A stretch of 64,000 bases of DNA from the NCBI GenBank assembly GCA_948466345.1, contig CAOKAC010000001.1:194283-258282 (forward strand), read 5' to 3'. Position numbers and translations under genes: made by a program. The stretch is from an uncultured Clostridia bacterium. Its GTDB lineage: Bacteria > Bacillota > Clostridia > Oscillospirales > CAG-272. Shown one piece after another: positions 1-11,600 of this stretch. The notes under the pieces were generated by a model. That model searched no databases. It was not told the origin of the DNA and saw only the letters and a list, made by a program, of their open reading frames with translations. Position 1 is the first letter of the stretch. Each line of letters begins with the position of its first letter.

Positions 1-956
1 TAATCCAGATACAGCATAGAAGCTACTGCGTCTACCCGCAGTCCGTCAATATGATACACAGACGCCCAAAACACCGCGTTGGAAATGAGAAAAGACTGTA
101 CCTCGGGTCGGCCAACATCAAAACAGCGGGTGCCCCAGTCGGCCTGCTCCATACGATCCCATCCCTGATATTCGTATAGAGGACCGCCATCCAATTCAAA
201 GAGCCCTGCTTCATCCTTGGGAAAGTGGGCAGGTACCCAGTCCAGCAGTACACCGATGCCTGCACGGTGCATGTGATCTACAAACGCCATAAAGTCCTGG
301 GGCGTTCCAAATCGAGAGGTAGGTGCAAAATATCCTGTAAGCTGATACCCCCAGGATCCGTCAAAGGGATATTCCATAATTGGCATCAGCTCTACATGGG
401 TGTAGCCCATCTGCAGTACATAAGGAGCCAGTTCTTGAGCAAGCTGCCGATAGGACAAAAAAGTACCGTCAGCACGGCGCATCCAGGAAGCTGCGTGCAG
501 TTCATAAATGTTTATGGGCTGTTTTTTGCAAGCCTCCCTTGTATACTTTGTACGGCGGGACTCCATCCAAGCACGATCCTTCCAGAAAAACCCGGAAATG
601 CTCCAAAAACGGGACGCGGTATTTGGCTGCAGTTCTGCATAAAACGCATACGGATCTGCTTTATACAGTTCTCCCTTTTTTGTATGAAGCTTATATTTAT
701 ATCCGTATCCCTCGCCAAAACGCTGGCTGGAGATATGCCCTTCCCAAACACCTGCTGGATCAATACGCACCATAGGATCCTGCTCACTCCAGTCATTAAA
801 CAGTCCTACAATAAAAACTGCTTCGGCTCCCGGCGCCCAAAGACGAAAAACATATCCGTCGTCGGTACGATGTGCTCCCATATATTCAAAAGCTCTGTAA
901 TTTGTTCCCTCATGGAACAGATACAGCCCTTGATTGTCTTGCTGCATTTCTGCCAT
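1..956 (-). CDS. glgB: 1,4-alpha-glucan branching enzyme, N-terminal ~318 codons (3' end runs off the left edge)
   Basis: Absent from ORF track (no in-window stop). Own translation of minus strand from ATG at 956: MAEMQQDNQGLYLFHEGTNYRAFEYMGAH..INIYELHAASW..GYTHVELMPIMEYPFDGSWGYQLTGYFAPTSRFGTPQDFMAFVDHMHRAGIGVLLDWVPAHF..HIDGLRVDAVASMLYLD, the GH13 branching-enzyme blocks. Confidence 0.85.
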   Translation of the reverse strand, partial: MAEMQQDNQGLYLFHEGTNYRAFEYMGAHRTDDGYVFRLWAPGAEAVFIVGLFNDWSEQDPMVRIDPAGVWEGHISSQRFGEGYGYKYKLHTKKGELYKADPYAFYAELQPNTASRFWSISGFFWKDRAWMESRRTKYTREACKKQPINIYELHAASWMRRADGTFLSYRQLAQELAPYVLQMGYTHVELMPIMEYPFDGSWGYQLTGYFAPTSRFGTPQDFMAFVDHMHRAGIGVLLDWVPAHFPKDEAGLFELDGGPLYEYQGWDRMEQADWGTRCFDVGRPEVQSFLISNAVFWASVYHIDGLRVDAVASMLYLD

Positions 957-1036
957 AATTTCCCCCAACTATTAATTCCGTCCTTTTAGAATACAATATT
1001 ATACATCCCCGTCTAACCTCTTTTCGATACGCCTTT

Positions 1037-1066
1037 AGAAAAAGAAAAAAGGCCCCGAAGGACCTT
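1037..1066 (-). terminator. Intrinsic terminator after HAD gene
   Basis: Minus-strand hairpin AAGGUCC-UUCG-GGGCCUU (one G.U) followed by UUUUUCUUUUUC, 17 nt after the stop at 1083. Confidence 0.5.
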
Positions 1067-1082
1067 TTATAATTTTTTGATT

Positions 1083-1841
1083 TTATTGGTTTACCCTTGG
1101 CAGCATATCTGCAAACTGCAAAAAAGCCGCAAAGTCCATAGCGTCTGCCTGCTCCGTGGGCCGGTCTCCTCTTACATGAAGATAGTCTGTAATGAGAATT
1201 ACCTGCAGGCCGGCATCTATCGCTCCAAAATCGTCCATTGTGTCGTTTCCAACCATGAGACACAGTTCTGGCTGTGCCGATACTGCCACCGCTGCCTCAC
1301 GAAAATAACCGGGAGAGGGCTTACAATACCGACAGTTGTCATAATTGGTCACATAATCGAAATCCGCCGGCTCGATTCCCGCCCAGGACATACGTCTGCG
1401 ATTGGCAGAAAGAGGAAATACCGGATTGGTAGCGCAAACAAGCTTGTATCCCTTCTCACGCAAGCCCCGCAGCAGTTTCTTTTCACTGCCACGATAGTGA
1501 ACCACCCGCCGCACATCTTCAAACGGGCCATTATAAAACGCCTCATAAAAGGCCTCTATATCTACTGGACAATCCGGCCACACCTGATAAAACACCTGAC
1601 GAAACCGCTGGATATTGGACAGGCTCCCATCATTTTGTTTCATGGCGTGAAAGCCCTTCATAGCAGCCTCATCGAACCGCTCTGCCTGACTGCTGCCAAG
1701 CTGCTTTACTGCAAATTTATGCAGATCGCCGAAATAGGCCTCCGTCAGCTCCGCCTGCACATAGGGAACCAGGGTTGCATCCAAATCAAAAAAAATCGTA
1801 TTGATCCGCTCTGTATATAGTATTTCCAGATTGCTCGTCAT
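1083..1841 (-). CDS. HAD-superfamily hydrolase
   Basis: 252-aa ORF; N-terminal motif I FFDLDATLV (DxD nucleophile), later VGNDTMDD motif IV-like; 24 nt downstream of the DUF362 gene on the same strand. Confidence 0.75.
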   Translation of the reverse strand: MTSNLEILYTERINTIFFDLDATLVPYVQAELTEAYFGDLHKFAVKQLGSSQAERFDEAAMKGFHAMKQNDGSLSNIQRFRQVFYQVWPDCPVDIEAFYEAFYNGPFEDVRRVVHYRGSEKKLLRGLREKGYKLVCATNPVFPLSANRRRMSWAGIEPADFDYVTNYDNCRYCKPSPGYFREAAVAVSAQPELCLMVGNDTMDDFGAIDAGLQVILITDYLHVRGDRPTEQADAMDFAAFLQFADMLPRVNQ

Positions 1842-1865
1842 ATGCGCCTCTAGGTGAAATTTTCT

Positions 1866-2951
1866 TTATTTTATTAAAGTCAATGTGTATTCTTTAGTAC
1901 CAAGTCCTGCTTCTTCCAGTTTTTCTATCTGGACATAGGGATCTTTTCCGTGAAGACGATAAAACAAATGTCCATCCTCTCTCAGTTCCATTCCATCGGG
2001 AATCCCCTGCGGAATCAGATTTTCCATTTTGACAGCGTCTACAGATGCCTGTTCCAGAGAAACCATATCCCATCCGGACATAATTCCAATATCGGGAACC
2101 AGCGCAGGCGTAGTCATCCCCCAGCAATCACACAAGGCGGTAATTTGTGTAAGCACATTTATGTAAAAAATATTTCCGGGTGCAAAGGTGTCACAAACTG
2201 CTTTGGTGCACAGCGCCATACCGGTTTGAAAATCCGTATAGTCATGCGAGTCTAGCGTGATCGCATTGGTAGGGCAAACTTTCACGCAGTGTTGGCACAG
2301 GGTGCAGTTATGGTAGTTTACGTGATAGGCGCCGTCCTCTCCAAAATGATTCGCATAATGGTTGCAGGCACCTAAACACTTATTGCAATGGATGCATTTA
2401 TCCGGATCCCATAAAAGTCCTCCCTCCAGGGAATGAATCTCATGGCGGGTCCGGTCGGTAACACAACCCATGGCAATATTTTTGCATGCGCCGCCATATC
2501 CGCAGGCGCCATGTCCTTTTACGTGAGAAAAATCAATCATAAAATCCGCGTCGTAAATCAGTCCCGCCACATCAATATGCCGCAGCTTTTTATAGTCTGC
2601 CTCCACCGTGTAAAAGTATTTACCGAAATATCCGCAGTCGTCCAGCACAGGACAGCCCAACCCCGCTTCGGAATACCCTCTTTCATGCGGACGGCGGTGA
2701 GCTATATAATGATCTGTAATAAAGCATTCGCCGCCGCTGTCTTGGACAAACTGCACCAGTTTGCGTACAAAAACAGGCGGGATCGTAGAGTAGGAAACGC
2801 CGTCCCCCACATGCATTTTAATTGCAACTTTTTTTCCTCGAACAGCTTCACCTAATCCGCACGCAGACAACATACGGGAAAATTTTTCAGGTAGGGTCTG
2901 AGAAGCTTCATATTTGGAAAATGCCATTGGTGCAAAATAAACTTCAGACAT
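1866..2951 (-). CDS. DUF362 domain protein with 2x[4Fe-4S] ferredoxin insert
   Basis: ORF 1866..2972 trimmed to ATG at 2951 (MSEVYFAP) with AAGGAG 8 nt upstream; the track start is TTG. Two CxxCxxCxxxCP-type motifs (CIHCNKCLGAC, CTLCQHCVKVCP) in a DUF362-like frame. Confidence 0.7.
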   Translation of the reverse strand: MSEVYFAPMAFSKYEASQTLPEKFSRMLSACGLGEAVRGKKVAIKMHVGDGVSYSTIPPVFVRKLVQFVQDSGGECFITDHYIAHRRPHERGYSEAGLGCPVLDDCGYFGKYFYTVEADYKKLRHIDVAGLIYDADFMIDFSHVKGHGACGYGGACKNIAMGCVTDRTRHEIHSLEGGLLWDPDKCIHCNKCLGACNHYANHFGEDGAYHVNYHNCTLCQHCVKVCPTNAITLDSHDYTDFQTGMALCTKAVCDTFAPGNIFYINVLTQITALCDCWGMTTPALVPDIGIMSGWDMVSLEQASVDAVKMENLIPQGIPDGMELREDGHLFYRLHGKDPYVQIEKLEEAGLGTKEYTLTLIK

Positions 2952-2999
2952 TTGTACTGCTCCTTCTTTCAATATACAAACGAAAAAACTCTAAGAGGT

Positions 3000-3028
3000 A
3001 TTCTATCACAATTTTGTATAGACTGCAA
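3000..3028 (-). promoter_or_regulatory. Sigma-A type promoter for DUF362-HAD genes
   Basis: Minus strand TTGCAG-17 nt-TAGAAT with TGa extended -10. Confidence 0.45.
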
Positions 3029-3073
3029 GGAATATTTTCTATAGGAACTGCGAATGACAGCAAATCGTAAAAT

Positions 3074-3088
3074 TTGCAAAATTTGCAA
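3074..3088. promoter_or_regulatory. Perfect 7-1-7 palindrome TTGCAAA-A-TTTGCAA in the divergent DUF362/gdhA control region
   Basis: Read directly; lies 8 nt upstream of the gdhA -35. A third TTGCAA copy (3105-3110) sits inside the gdhA promoter spacer. Confidence 0.35.
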
Positions 3089-3095
3089 TTTTGTA

Positions 3096-3125
3096 TTGAC
3101 AAACTTGCAAAACGTGTGATAAAAT
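3096..3125 (+). promoter_or_regulatory. Sigma-A type promoter for gdhA
   Basis: TTGACA-18 nt-TAAAAT with TGa extended -10; about 40 nt upstream of the gdhA ATG. Confidence 0.5.
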
Positions 3126-3127
3126 AA

Positions 3128-4513
<1,386 letters not shown>

Positions 4514-4600
4514 TTTGGCCCCCATGTTTTGGAGACTGCTATTTCTCCCTATTGCTGATATTCAATGCTCCTAGGGATGTGGCATCATAAACAAACTATA

Positions 4601-4637
4601 TATAGCCTCCCCTGACAAGGGGAGGCTATTGTGTATT
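4601..4637 (+). terminator. Intrinsic terminator after gdhA
   Basis: ATAGCCTCCCC-TGACAA-GGGGAGGCTAT 11-bp stem followed by a T-rich tail. Confidence 0.7.
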
Positions 4638-4646
4638 TGGGCCTCT

Positions 4647-4675
4647 CTTGACAGGCCTTTCGGCGAATGTTATAA
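4647..4675 (+). promoter_or_regulatory. Sigma-A promoter for alaS
   Basis: TTGACA-17 nt-TATAAT with TGt extended -10. The leader to the ATG is about 40 nt, too short for a T-box. Confidence 0.65.
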
Positions 4676-4719
4676 TGGTAGATACTTTAATAACGTATAA
4701 ATAAAAGAGGTACTTTGCA

Positions 4720-7350
4720 ATGAAATGGACTTCTCTCAACGAGCTGCGGGAGCAGTTTCTATCCTTTTTTGAATCCAAGGGACATTTGCGCCTGCAAAGC
4801 TTTTCCCTGATCCCTGTCAACGATAAATCACTCCTGCTGATTAACTCCGGTATGGCGCCTATGAAACGGTATTTTACCAGAGAAGAAGAACCGCCTAGAG
4901 ACCGGGTGTGTACCTGCCAGAAATGTATCCGTACAGGAGATATTGACAACGTGGGAAAAACATCCCGGCATGGTACCTTTTTTGAAATGCTGGGGAATTT
5001 CTCCTTTGGCGATTACTTTAAAGAAGAAGCAATTGCATGGAGTTGGGAATTTCTCACACAGGTCCTGGAAATTCCTGCGGGCAGACTATATCCTTCCGTT
5101 TATGAAGAAGATGACGAAGCATACGCCATCTGGAAAGATAAAATGGGCGTTGCACCGGAGCGGATTGTACGCCTAGGTAAAGCAGATAACTTCTGGGAGC
5201 ACGGCAGCGGCGCCTGCGGCCCCTGCTCGGAAATCTATTTTGACCGCGGCGAGTCCTACGGCTGCGGCAAACCGGGCTGCTACCCTGGCTGTGACTGTGA
5301 TCGCTACGTAGAAGTCTGGAACAACGTGTTTTCTCAATACAACAGCGACGGAAACGGACATTATACAGAACTGGCACGAAAAAATATCGACACCGGCATG
5401 GGCCTGGAGCGCCTCGCCTGCGTGATCCAAGGCGTGGACAACCTGTTTGAAGTAGATACAATCCGCAAAATTTTGGATACAGTCTGCGCTGCTGCAGGCG
5501 TACAATATGGCGTGGACCCCCAAACGGATATGTCCGTTCGGGTGATCACCGATCATATCCGCAGCGCTACCTTTATGATTGCAGACGGGGTGATTCCCTC
5601 TAACGAAGGCAGAGGATATGTACTTCGCCGTCTGCTGCGGCGTGCCGCGCGGCACGGCAAGCGGATCGGGATTCATGGTATATTCTTGGGCGAGATTTGT
5701 AAAGTGGCAATTGGAGAAAGCGGCGGCGCATATCCGCAGCTTTTGGAAAAGCAAGAATATATACAAAAAGTCATTACCATGGAAGAAGAACGGTTCGTAG
5801 CAACCATTGACGCCGGCCTTGCTATACTGCAAAAGCTGATGGGAGAAGCCATAGAAGCAGGAAGGACGGTATTAGCCGGAACAGAAGTATTCAAGCTATA
5901 CGACACCTATGGATTCCCGCTGGATCTCACCCGCGAGATTGCGGAAGAAAAAGGTCTTTCTGTAGACGAAGATGCCTTTCAAAATCTGATGCAGGAGCAA
6001 AAACAGCGGGCACGGGCAGCAAGAGCGGATCTGTCCAGTTGGGAAAGCGGTTCCGACGGTGCGCTGTCCGGGATCACCGCTACAGAATTTGTAGGATATA
6101 CACAGGAGCAAACAGATGCTGAAATCCTCGCCATTCTTGTGGATGGGGAACGGAGTGAAACTGTTTCTGAAGGAGAATGCAGCATTATTCTAACCAAAAC
6201 GCCTTTCTATGGAGAGAGCGGCGGCCAGGTGGGAGATACCGGCGAAATCATGGCAGACAGCGGAAGCGCCACCGTGCTGGATACAAAAAAAGTCGGTGGT
6301 GTATACGTGCATATATGCCGCATTTCCTCCGGCATTTTCCAGGAGGGTGACTGTGTTCGTGCCGCTATTGATAAAGTGCGCAGGCAGGCAATCCGGCGAA
6401 ATCACTCTTGTGTGCACCTGCTCCAGGCGGCGCTACGTCAGGTACTGGGCGACCATGTAGAACAAGCAGGCTCCTATGTGGACGCAGAACGTCTGCGTTT
6501 TGACTTCAGTCATTTTTCCGCACTTACCCCGGAAGAATTGACCCAGGTAGAGGCATTGGTCAATGAAAATATTTTGTCTGCGCAGCCTATCGAAACCATG
6601 GAAACCGATATGGAAACGGCCAAGAAAGCTGGCGCGCTGGCTTTGTTTGGAGAAAAGTACGGGAAAACTGTGCGGGTCGTAAAAATGGGTGAATTTTCCA
6701 CAGAGCTTTGCGGCGGTACCCATGCAGACAACACGGGCAAAATCGGACTTTTCAAAATATTGTCTGAGAGTTCCGTGGCCGCAGGGGTGCGTCGCATTGA
6801 AGCCGTATCCGGACTGGGTGTACTGACGCTTCTAGCAGAGCGGGATCAGCTGCTTGCACAGACAGCGAAAAATCTGCGGGCCAATAGTCCTTCCGACCTT
6901 CCCGGGAAAGCGGCCGGAGTGCAGCAGGAGGTTGCAAAACTCAAAAAAGAAATAGAAGGGCTGCAGGCGCGTCTTGCCGGAGGAAAGCTGGACGCAATTC
7001 TTGCATCCGCCAAAACGATAGGCGCGGTCAAGCTTTGCACGGCACATATGAAAGATATGTCTGTAGAAACAGCACGCAGCCTATGCGATAAGCTGCGGGA
7101 TCAGGATAGCGTTGTTGTAGCGGTACTAGCAGTACAGGATGGCGAAAAGCTCAACTTTGTATCCTGCTGTGGAAAAGACGCAGTACAAGCAGGCGCCCAT
7201 GCGGGAATGCTGCTCAAGGAAGTATCCGCCGTCACCGGCGGAAAGGGCGGCGGGCGGCCGGATTCTGCAACGTCCGGCGGGCGGGATATCTCTAAGATTT
7301 CCCAAGCATTGGAAGCAGCAGAGAAAATTCTAGCTGGTATGCTGAAATGA
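4720..7350 (+). CDS. alaS: Alanine--tRNA ligase
   Basis: 876 aa; N-terminus MKWTSLNELREQFLSFFESKGH..., class II core, editing-domain HxxxH (NHSCVHLL) and CGGTH motifs. Confidence 0.97.
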   Translation: MKWTSLNELREQFLSFFESKGHLRLQSFSLIPVNDKSLLLINSGMAPMKRYFTREEEPPRDRVCTCQKCIRTGDIDNVGKTSRHGTFFEMLGNFSFGDYFKEEAIAWSWEFLTQVLEIPAGRLYPSVYEEDDEAYAIWKDKMGVAPERIVRLGKADNFWEHGSGACGPCSEIYFDRGESYGCGKPGCYPGCDCDRYVEVWNNVFSQYNSDGNGHYTELARKNIDTGMGLERLACVIQGVDNLFEVDTIRKILDTVCAAAGVQYGVDPQTDMSVRVITDHIRSATFMIADGVIPSNEGRGYVLRRLLRRAARHGKRIGIHGIFLGEICKVAIGESGGAYPQLLEKQEYIQKVITMEEERFVATIDAGLAILQKLMGEAIEAGRTVLAGTEVFKLYDTYGFPLDLTREIAEEKGLSVDEDAFQNLMQEQKQRARAARADLSSWESGSDGALSGITATEFVGYTQEQTDAEILAILVDGERSETVSEGECSIILTKTPFYGESGGQVGDTGEIMADSGSATVLDTKKVGGVYVHICRISSGIFQEGDCVRAAIDKVRRQAIRRNHSCVHLLQAALRQVLGDHVEQAGSYVDAERLRFDFSHFSALTPEELTQVEALVNENILSAQPIETMETDMETAKKAGALALFGEKYGKTVRVVKMGEFSTELCGGTHADNTGKIGLFKILSESSVAAGVRRIEAVSGLGVLTLLAERDQLLAQTAKNLRANSPSDLPGKAAGVQQEVAKLKKEIEGLQARLAGGKLDAILASAKTIGAVKLCTAHMKDMSVETARSLCDKLRDQDSVVVAVLAVQDGEKLNFVSCCGKDAVQAGAHAGMLLKEVSAVTGGKGGGRPDSATSGGRDISKISQALEAAEKILAGMLK

Positions 7351-7356
7351 TAAAAA

Positions 7357-7381
7357 GCAGCAGGAACACCTGCTGCTTTTC
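7357..7381 (+). terminator. Intrinsic terminator after alaS
   Basis: GCAGCAGG-AACA-CCTGCTGC followed by TTTTCTT. Confidence 0.75.
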
Positions 7382-7390
7382 TTATGAAAC

Positions 7391-7416
7391 AAAAAAGACC
7401 CTTTCGGGTCTTTTTT
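7391..7416. terminator. Bidirectional hairpin, terminator for the DAHP synthase gene
   Basis: AAAAAA-GACCC-TTTC-GGGTC-TTTTTT, directly after the minus-strand stop at 7418. Confidence 0.65.
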
Positions 7417-7417
7417 G

Positions 7418-8458
7418 TTAAATTAAGTCGGCAATGTCCAAAATCAGCCGCTGGGTTTTCTCCCAGCCAAGGCAAGGATCAGTGATAGACTTTCCGTAAA
7501 CACCGTCCCCGATTTTCTGGCATCCATCTTCCAGATAGGACTCGATCATAAAGCCCTTTACCATCTTTTTTACATCCCCGTTGTGTCGACAGGAGTGAAG
7601 TACTTCCTTGCAAATTCGCGGCTGCTCTCCAAACTTTTTAGCCGAGTTTGCATGGTTTGCATCTACAATTAAAGCAACATTTGCAAGCCCACGCTCACAA
7701 TAGCTATGATACAGCCCTTCTAAATCTTCGTAGTGATAGTTGGGAAGAGATTCGCCATGTTGGTTGACATATCCCCGCAAAATTGCGTGCGTCAGGAGAT
7801 TTCCTGTAGTCTCTACTTCCCAGCCACGGTAAATAAACATATGCGGATGCTGTGCTGCCATAATGGAATTGAGCATGACGGAAATGTCTCCGCTGGTGGG
7901 ATTCTTCATTCCTACAGGAACATCGATTCCGCTGGAGGTAAGCCGGTGTTCCTGATTTTCCACACTACGCGCTCCAATGGCAATATAGGAAAGCAAATCG
8001 GACAGATACCGGTAATTATCCGGATATAGCATTTCATCTGCCGTAGACAGTCCGGTCTGCGCCAAAACTGAGGTATGCAGGCGACGAATGGCAATCACAC
8101 CCTCCAGCATATCAGAATCCTTCTCCGGATTGGGTTGGTGCAGCAGTCCCTTATAGCCATCGCCAGTGGTTCTAGGCTTGTTTGTATATACCCGGGGTAC
8201 AAGGATCAGCCGATCTGCCACCTCTTCCTGCAATTTCGCCAGACGGCTTGCATATTCCAGCACAGCATCTTCCCGGTCTGCAGAACAAGGCCCTACCACA
8301 AGAACCATTTTGTCAGATTCTCCGGTGAATACGCGGGCGATCTCCGCATCCCGCTGCTCTTTTTTATTTGCCAATTCCTTTGACAGGGGATACTGTTCTT
8401 TAATATCCTTGGGTATCGGCAGCTTTCGTTTAAAATTCATGTTTTTTATGGGAATCAT
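7418..8458 (-). CDS. aroG: 3-deoxy-7-phosphoheptulonate (DAHP) synthase, class I-alpha
   Basis: 346 aa; VVGPCSADRED, KPRTTGDGYKGL, GARSVENQEHR and YGKSITDPCLGWEKT align by eye with E. coli AroG/F/H blocks. Confidence 0.9.
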   Translation of the reverse strand: MIPIKNMNFKRKLPIPKDIKEQYPLSKELANKKEQRDAEIARVFTGESDKMVLVVGPCSADREDAVLEYASRLAKLQEEVADRLILVPRVYTNKPRTTGDGYKGLLHQPNPEKDSDMLEGVIAIRRLHTSVLAQTGLSTADEMLYPDNYRYLSDLLSYIAIGARSVENQEHRLTSSGIDVPVGMKNPTSGDISVMLNSIMAAQHPHMFIYRGWEVETTGNLLTHAILRGYVNQHGESLPNYHYEDLEGLYHSYCERGLANVALIVDANHANSAKKFGEQPRICKEVLHSCRHNGDVKKMVKGFMIESYLEDGCQKIGDGVYGKSITDPCLGWEKTQRLILDIADLI

Positions 8459-8603
8459 CTACCTTTCCATATCGGTATGCCTATATCTTACCACCAGTAT
8501 TTTCAGATTACAACCGCTTTTTTTCATTTTTAGCCATTTCACAAATAATAACGATTATGGCTTTTTCATTTTGTCATTTTCGTCAAAAATATTCGCCGTC
8601 TTG

Positions 8604-8633
8604 TTGACTATCCCATATAAAGTATGTTAAAAT
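8604..8633 (+). promoter_or_regulatory. Sigma-A type promoter for the SGNH/dockerin gene
   Basis: TTGACT-18 nt-TAAAAT with TGt extended -10. Confidence 0.45.
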
Positions 8634-8679
8634 AAGCACAGTAAAGAGTTCCTATAAATACGGAAGGATGTAAAGTATT

Positions 8680-11600
8680 ATGAAACGATTTTTTGCTTTG
8701 TTTTTATGCGGAGCAATCCTGCTGGGCGGACTGTGCTTTCCAGCGACAGCCATTGATGAACCGGAAGACAGCTTTTTATTTTATGAAGATGCCTCCCCAG
8801 CCGAGGCAGTAGAAAACGCCGCCATATCCTATGATGCAAACCATCGCGCCATCCGTATCGCGGCACAGGCAGACGGCACTGTCGGCGCTACGGTGGATAT
8901 GCGTGCCGCCGTTGGAAATCCCCCGACGGCAGACGGACAGCTGAACTTGGTTCTATGGGTACCTGCCACCAACAAACAGGCAGCCAACTTGGAACTTTCC
9001 TGTGGAGAATGGACAGGAACCTGCAATGCAACAGCCGGGCACAGATATGAACTGTATACCTTTGACGGCGTTACCGGAGATACCGTTTCCATAACCTTTG
9101 ACGCAGCAGCAACAGACAGCGTGTATTTATTTGCAGCAGGAGGCGGCACTGATTACTCTGCAGATACGTGGAACGCCATTTTGGAAAACGCAAACGGTCA
9201 TACTTTTACAGAAGCAGAGCTTTTCCTGGACGAATACGAAGTAGAACGCTACACAAAAGAATATTGGGATAATGATAAAAAAATCGTTTATAACGAATCC
9301 TTTTTCCCAATGACCAATCCGGACGGCACTATTGATCCCATTCAGCTGATGTATGATGCAGACCGGATCGTCTCCGTACAAAACTCCTATCTGAATCAGG
9401 AATATATCTACGGCGTAGATTATACCCTTGAGGACGGCAAACTGGTAATTCTGCCGAACGCCGGTATCTTCACATGGAAATACAACTATGTATTCGGCAA
9501 TAACAAATACGGCGGCTGGTGGGAAATGCTGGATGGCGGCTATGTATACGGCGGCCAATTCCCCATGTATATGACCGGTTATTTGAATGTTACATACACA
9601 TATAAGGAAGATACCCAATTCACACCCAAACCGGAAGCTAAGGGGTACCTGCTGGACAAAACGCTGACTAAACTCGAAGGCGGCGATGCAGTGAAAATTC
9701 TTACTGTAGGTGACTCTATCACGGGTGGCGCAAACTGCTCCAGCTCCGGTGATGTGAATGCGGAGCCTTATGCAGATATCTGGCATGAAATGGCTGCTAA
9801 AAAACTCCAGCTTCTGTATCCTGATACTACTATAGAATACGACTCCATCTATCAGGGCGGCGCTACGGCCGGACTTTGTATAGAAAAAATGGATGAAATT
9901 CTAGCGGCGAATCCGGACCTGATTATTATCGAGTTTGGTACCAACGACTGTATGCAGGGTGATCCTGCCAGTCTCTATATCGAAACCCTTCAAGAAGCTA
10001 TGGCGGCAATTCAGGAAAATCTGCCGGACTGCGACATTATCCTGATGCCTCCATCCATAAGCAACCCATATATTTTCCCAACAGAATGGTTTGATGCATA
10101 TGCAGACGCACTATATGCGCTGGAAGACGATGGCGTAGCTGTTGCCGACATCACCGGTATGATGCGTTCTATGCTCTCTAGAAAGCGCTATCTGGATATG
10201 ACCGGCGACAACCTGTGTCATCCCAACGATTTTGTGAGCCGTTTGTTTGCACAAACGCTGGTGGCAACGATCTCCAGAGATGAAAATATTGAAGACTACA
10301 GCAGGAGACTGCAGTTTTACCGCCTGGAAAATGAATATTATCCGGAGCAGTGGGAGCAGGTGCAGGCACTGGTAGCAGAAGGATCGTCTGCTATTTTAGC
10401 ATGTGCTTCCCCGCGGGAAGCCGCTGCAAAGCTTTTGGAGTATAAGGAATCTATCAACCAAATTTCCACAAAAAAACAGATCATCGCAAATGCAGAGCTG
10501 GATCCTGCAAAATTGATTTACAGCACCAATCGGGCTATGGACGCCGTAGCAGATGCTACAATGGCCAATAAAAAATATGACGCCTCCGATGCAGCGTTGG
10601 TAGCAACCGTCACCGGCATAAACCCGATGCTCTATTTCGACTATACAGCAGGCACCACGTCGGTAAACGCAGATGATTATACCCACCTGGTGCTGACCAT
10701 AAAAGCCAGCACCACGAAGAAGGAAGAAAGCGCGTCCATTCAATATCAGATGGTGGGAATGGAAGCTGATGCTTATTTGGAAAGCATTTCTATCCCCCTG
10801 ACGCTGGACGGTAAATATCATTCTTATAGTATTGATCTTTCCCAATTGGAAGGATGGACCGGAGAAGTTGGCAAAATGGCTATGAAGCTATTTTCCAGAG
10901 GAAAAACCAATGACTCCATTTCCTTCAGCTCTCTGATTCTTTGCAAAGACGCAGAAGAAGCGCAGAAGGTCGGCGCAGAACGGGAACGTATCGCCAACAA
11001 AGAGCCGGTGCCTGCCGTTACAAAACTTTTTGACAGCGATGAATCCGTGCATGCAATCCCCTCTGAAATTACCTATATCCGGGGCGATATAGACAATGAT
11101 GGAGTCACCACTCCAATGGATGCGCTGGAAATGGCCAAATACCTTGCAGGCGCAGATACACAGTATGTAAATCTGTGGCGGCTGGATGTAGATTTGGACG
11201 GTGACGTCCTTGCCGGGGATGCGCATTATCAGAAAATGATCCTCGCGGGCATCTATGAAGCAGAACCCGCACAGCATAAAGCTGCAGACGTCTCCTTTGA
11301 CGCTGGTCAGGACGCTGCCAAAATTACAACACTGGAAGATGACGCAGCCATAGAAATCGATGTTTCCAGCCTTGGCTGTTCTGCAGATGTGTACAAATAT
11401 CTGACTCTCTGCTTGAAAACTGCCAACGGTCAGCCCTTGGATGCTACGGTAACCGTTATTACAGATACCGGCAGCGCAAGTGCAGACATCGCCTTTGTAA
11501 ACGATGTCATGTTCCAGGCCAGCAGTTGTGCATTTGATAAAATTGGTGGAACTATGGAAAAACTCTATATCACATTCCACAATGCTGCAGATGATATTAT

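Noticed and set aside
225-989. 254-aa plus-strand ORF at the left edge (and nested 380..775)
   Set aside because: It is antisense to the clearly recognisable glgB N-terminus, which the ORF track misses because it has no in-window stop.
4638-4719. Possible T-box leaders upstream of alaS (and likewise trpS at 16145-16273)
   Set aside because: The consensus promoters leave leaders of only about 35-45 nt, far too short for a T-box. No T-box sequence or terminator is present.
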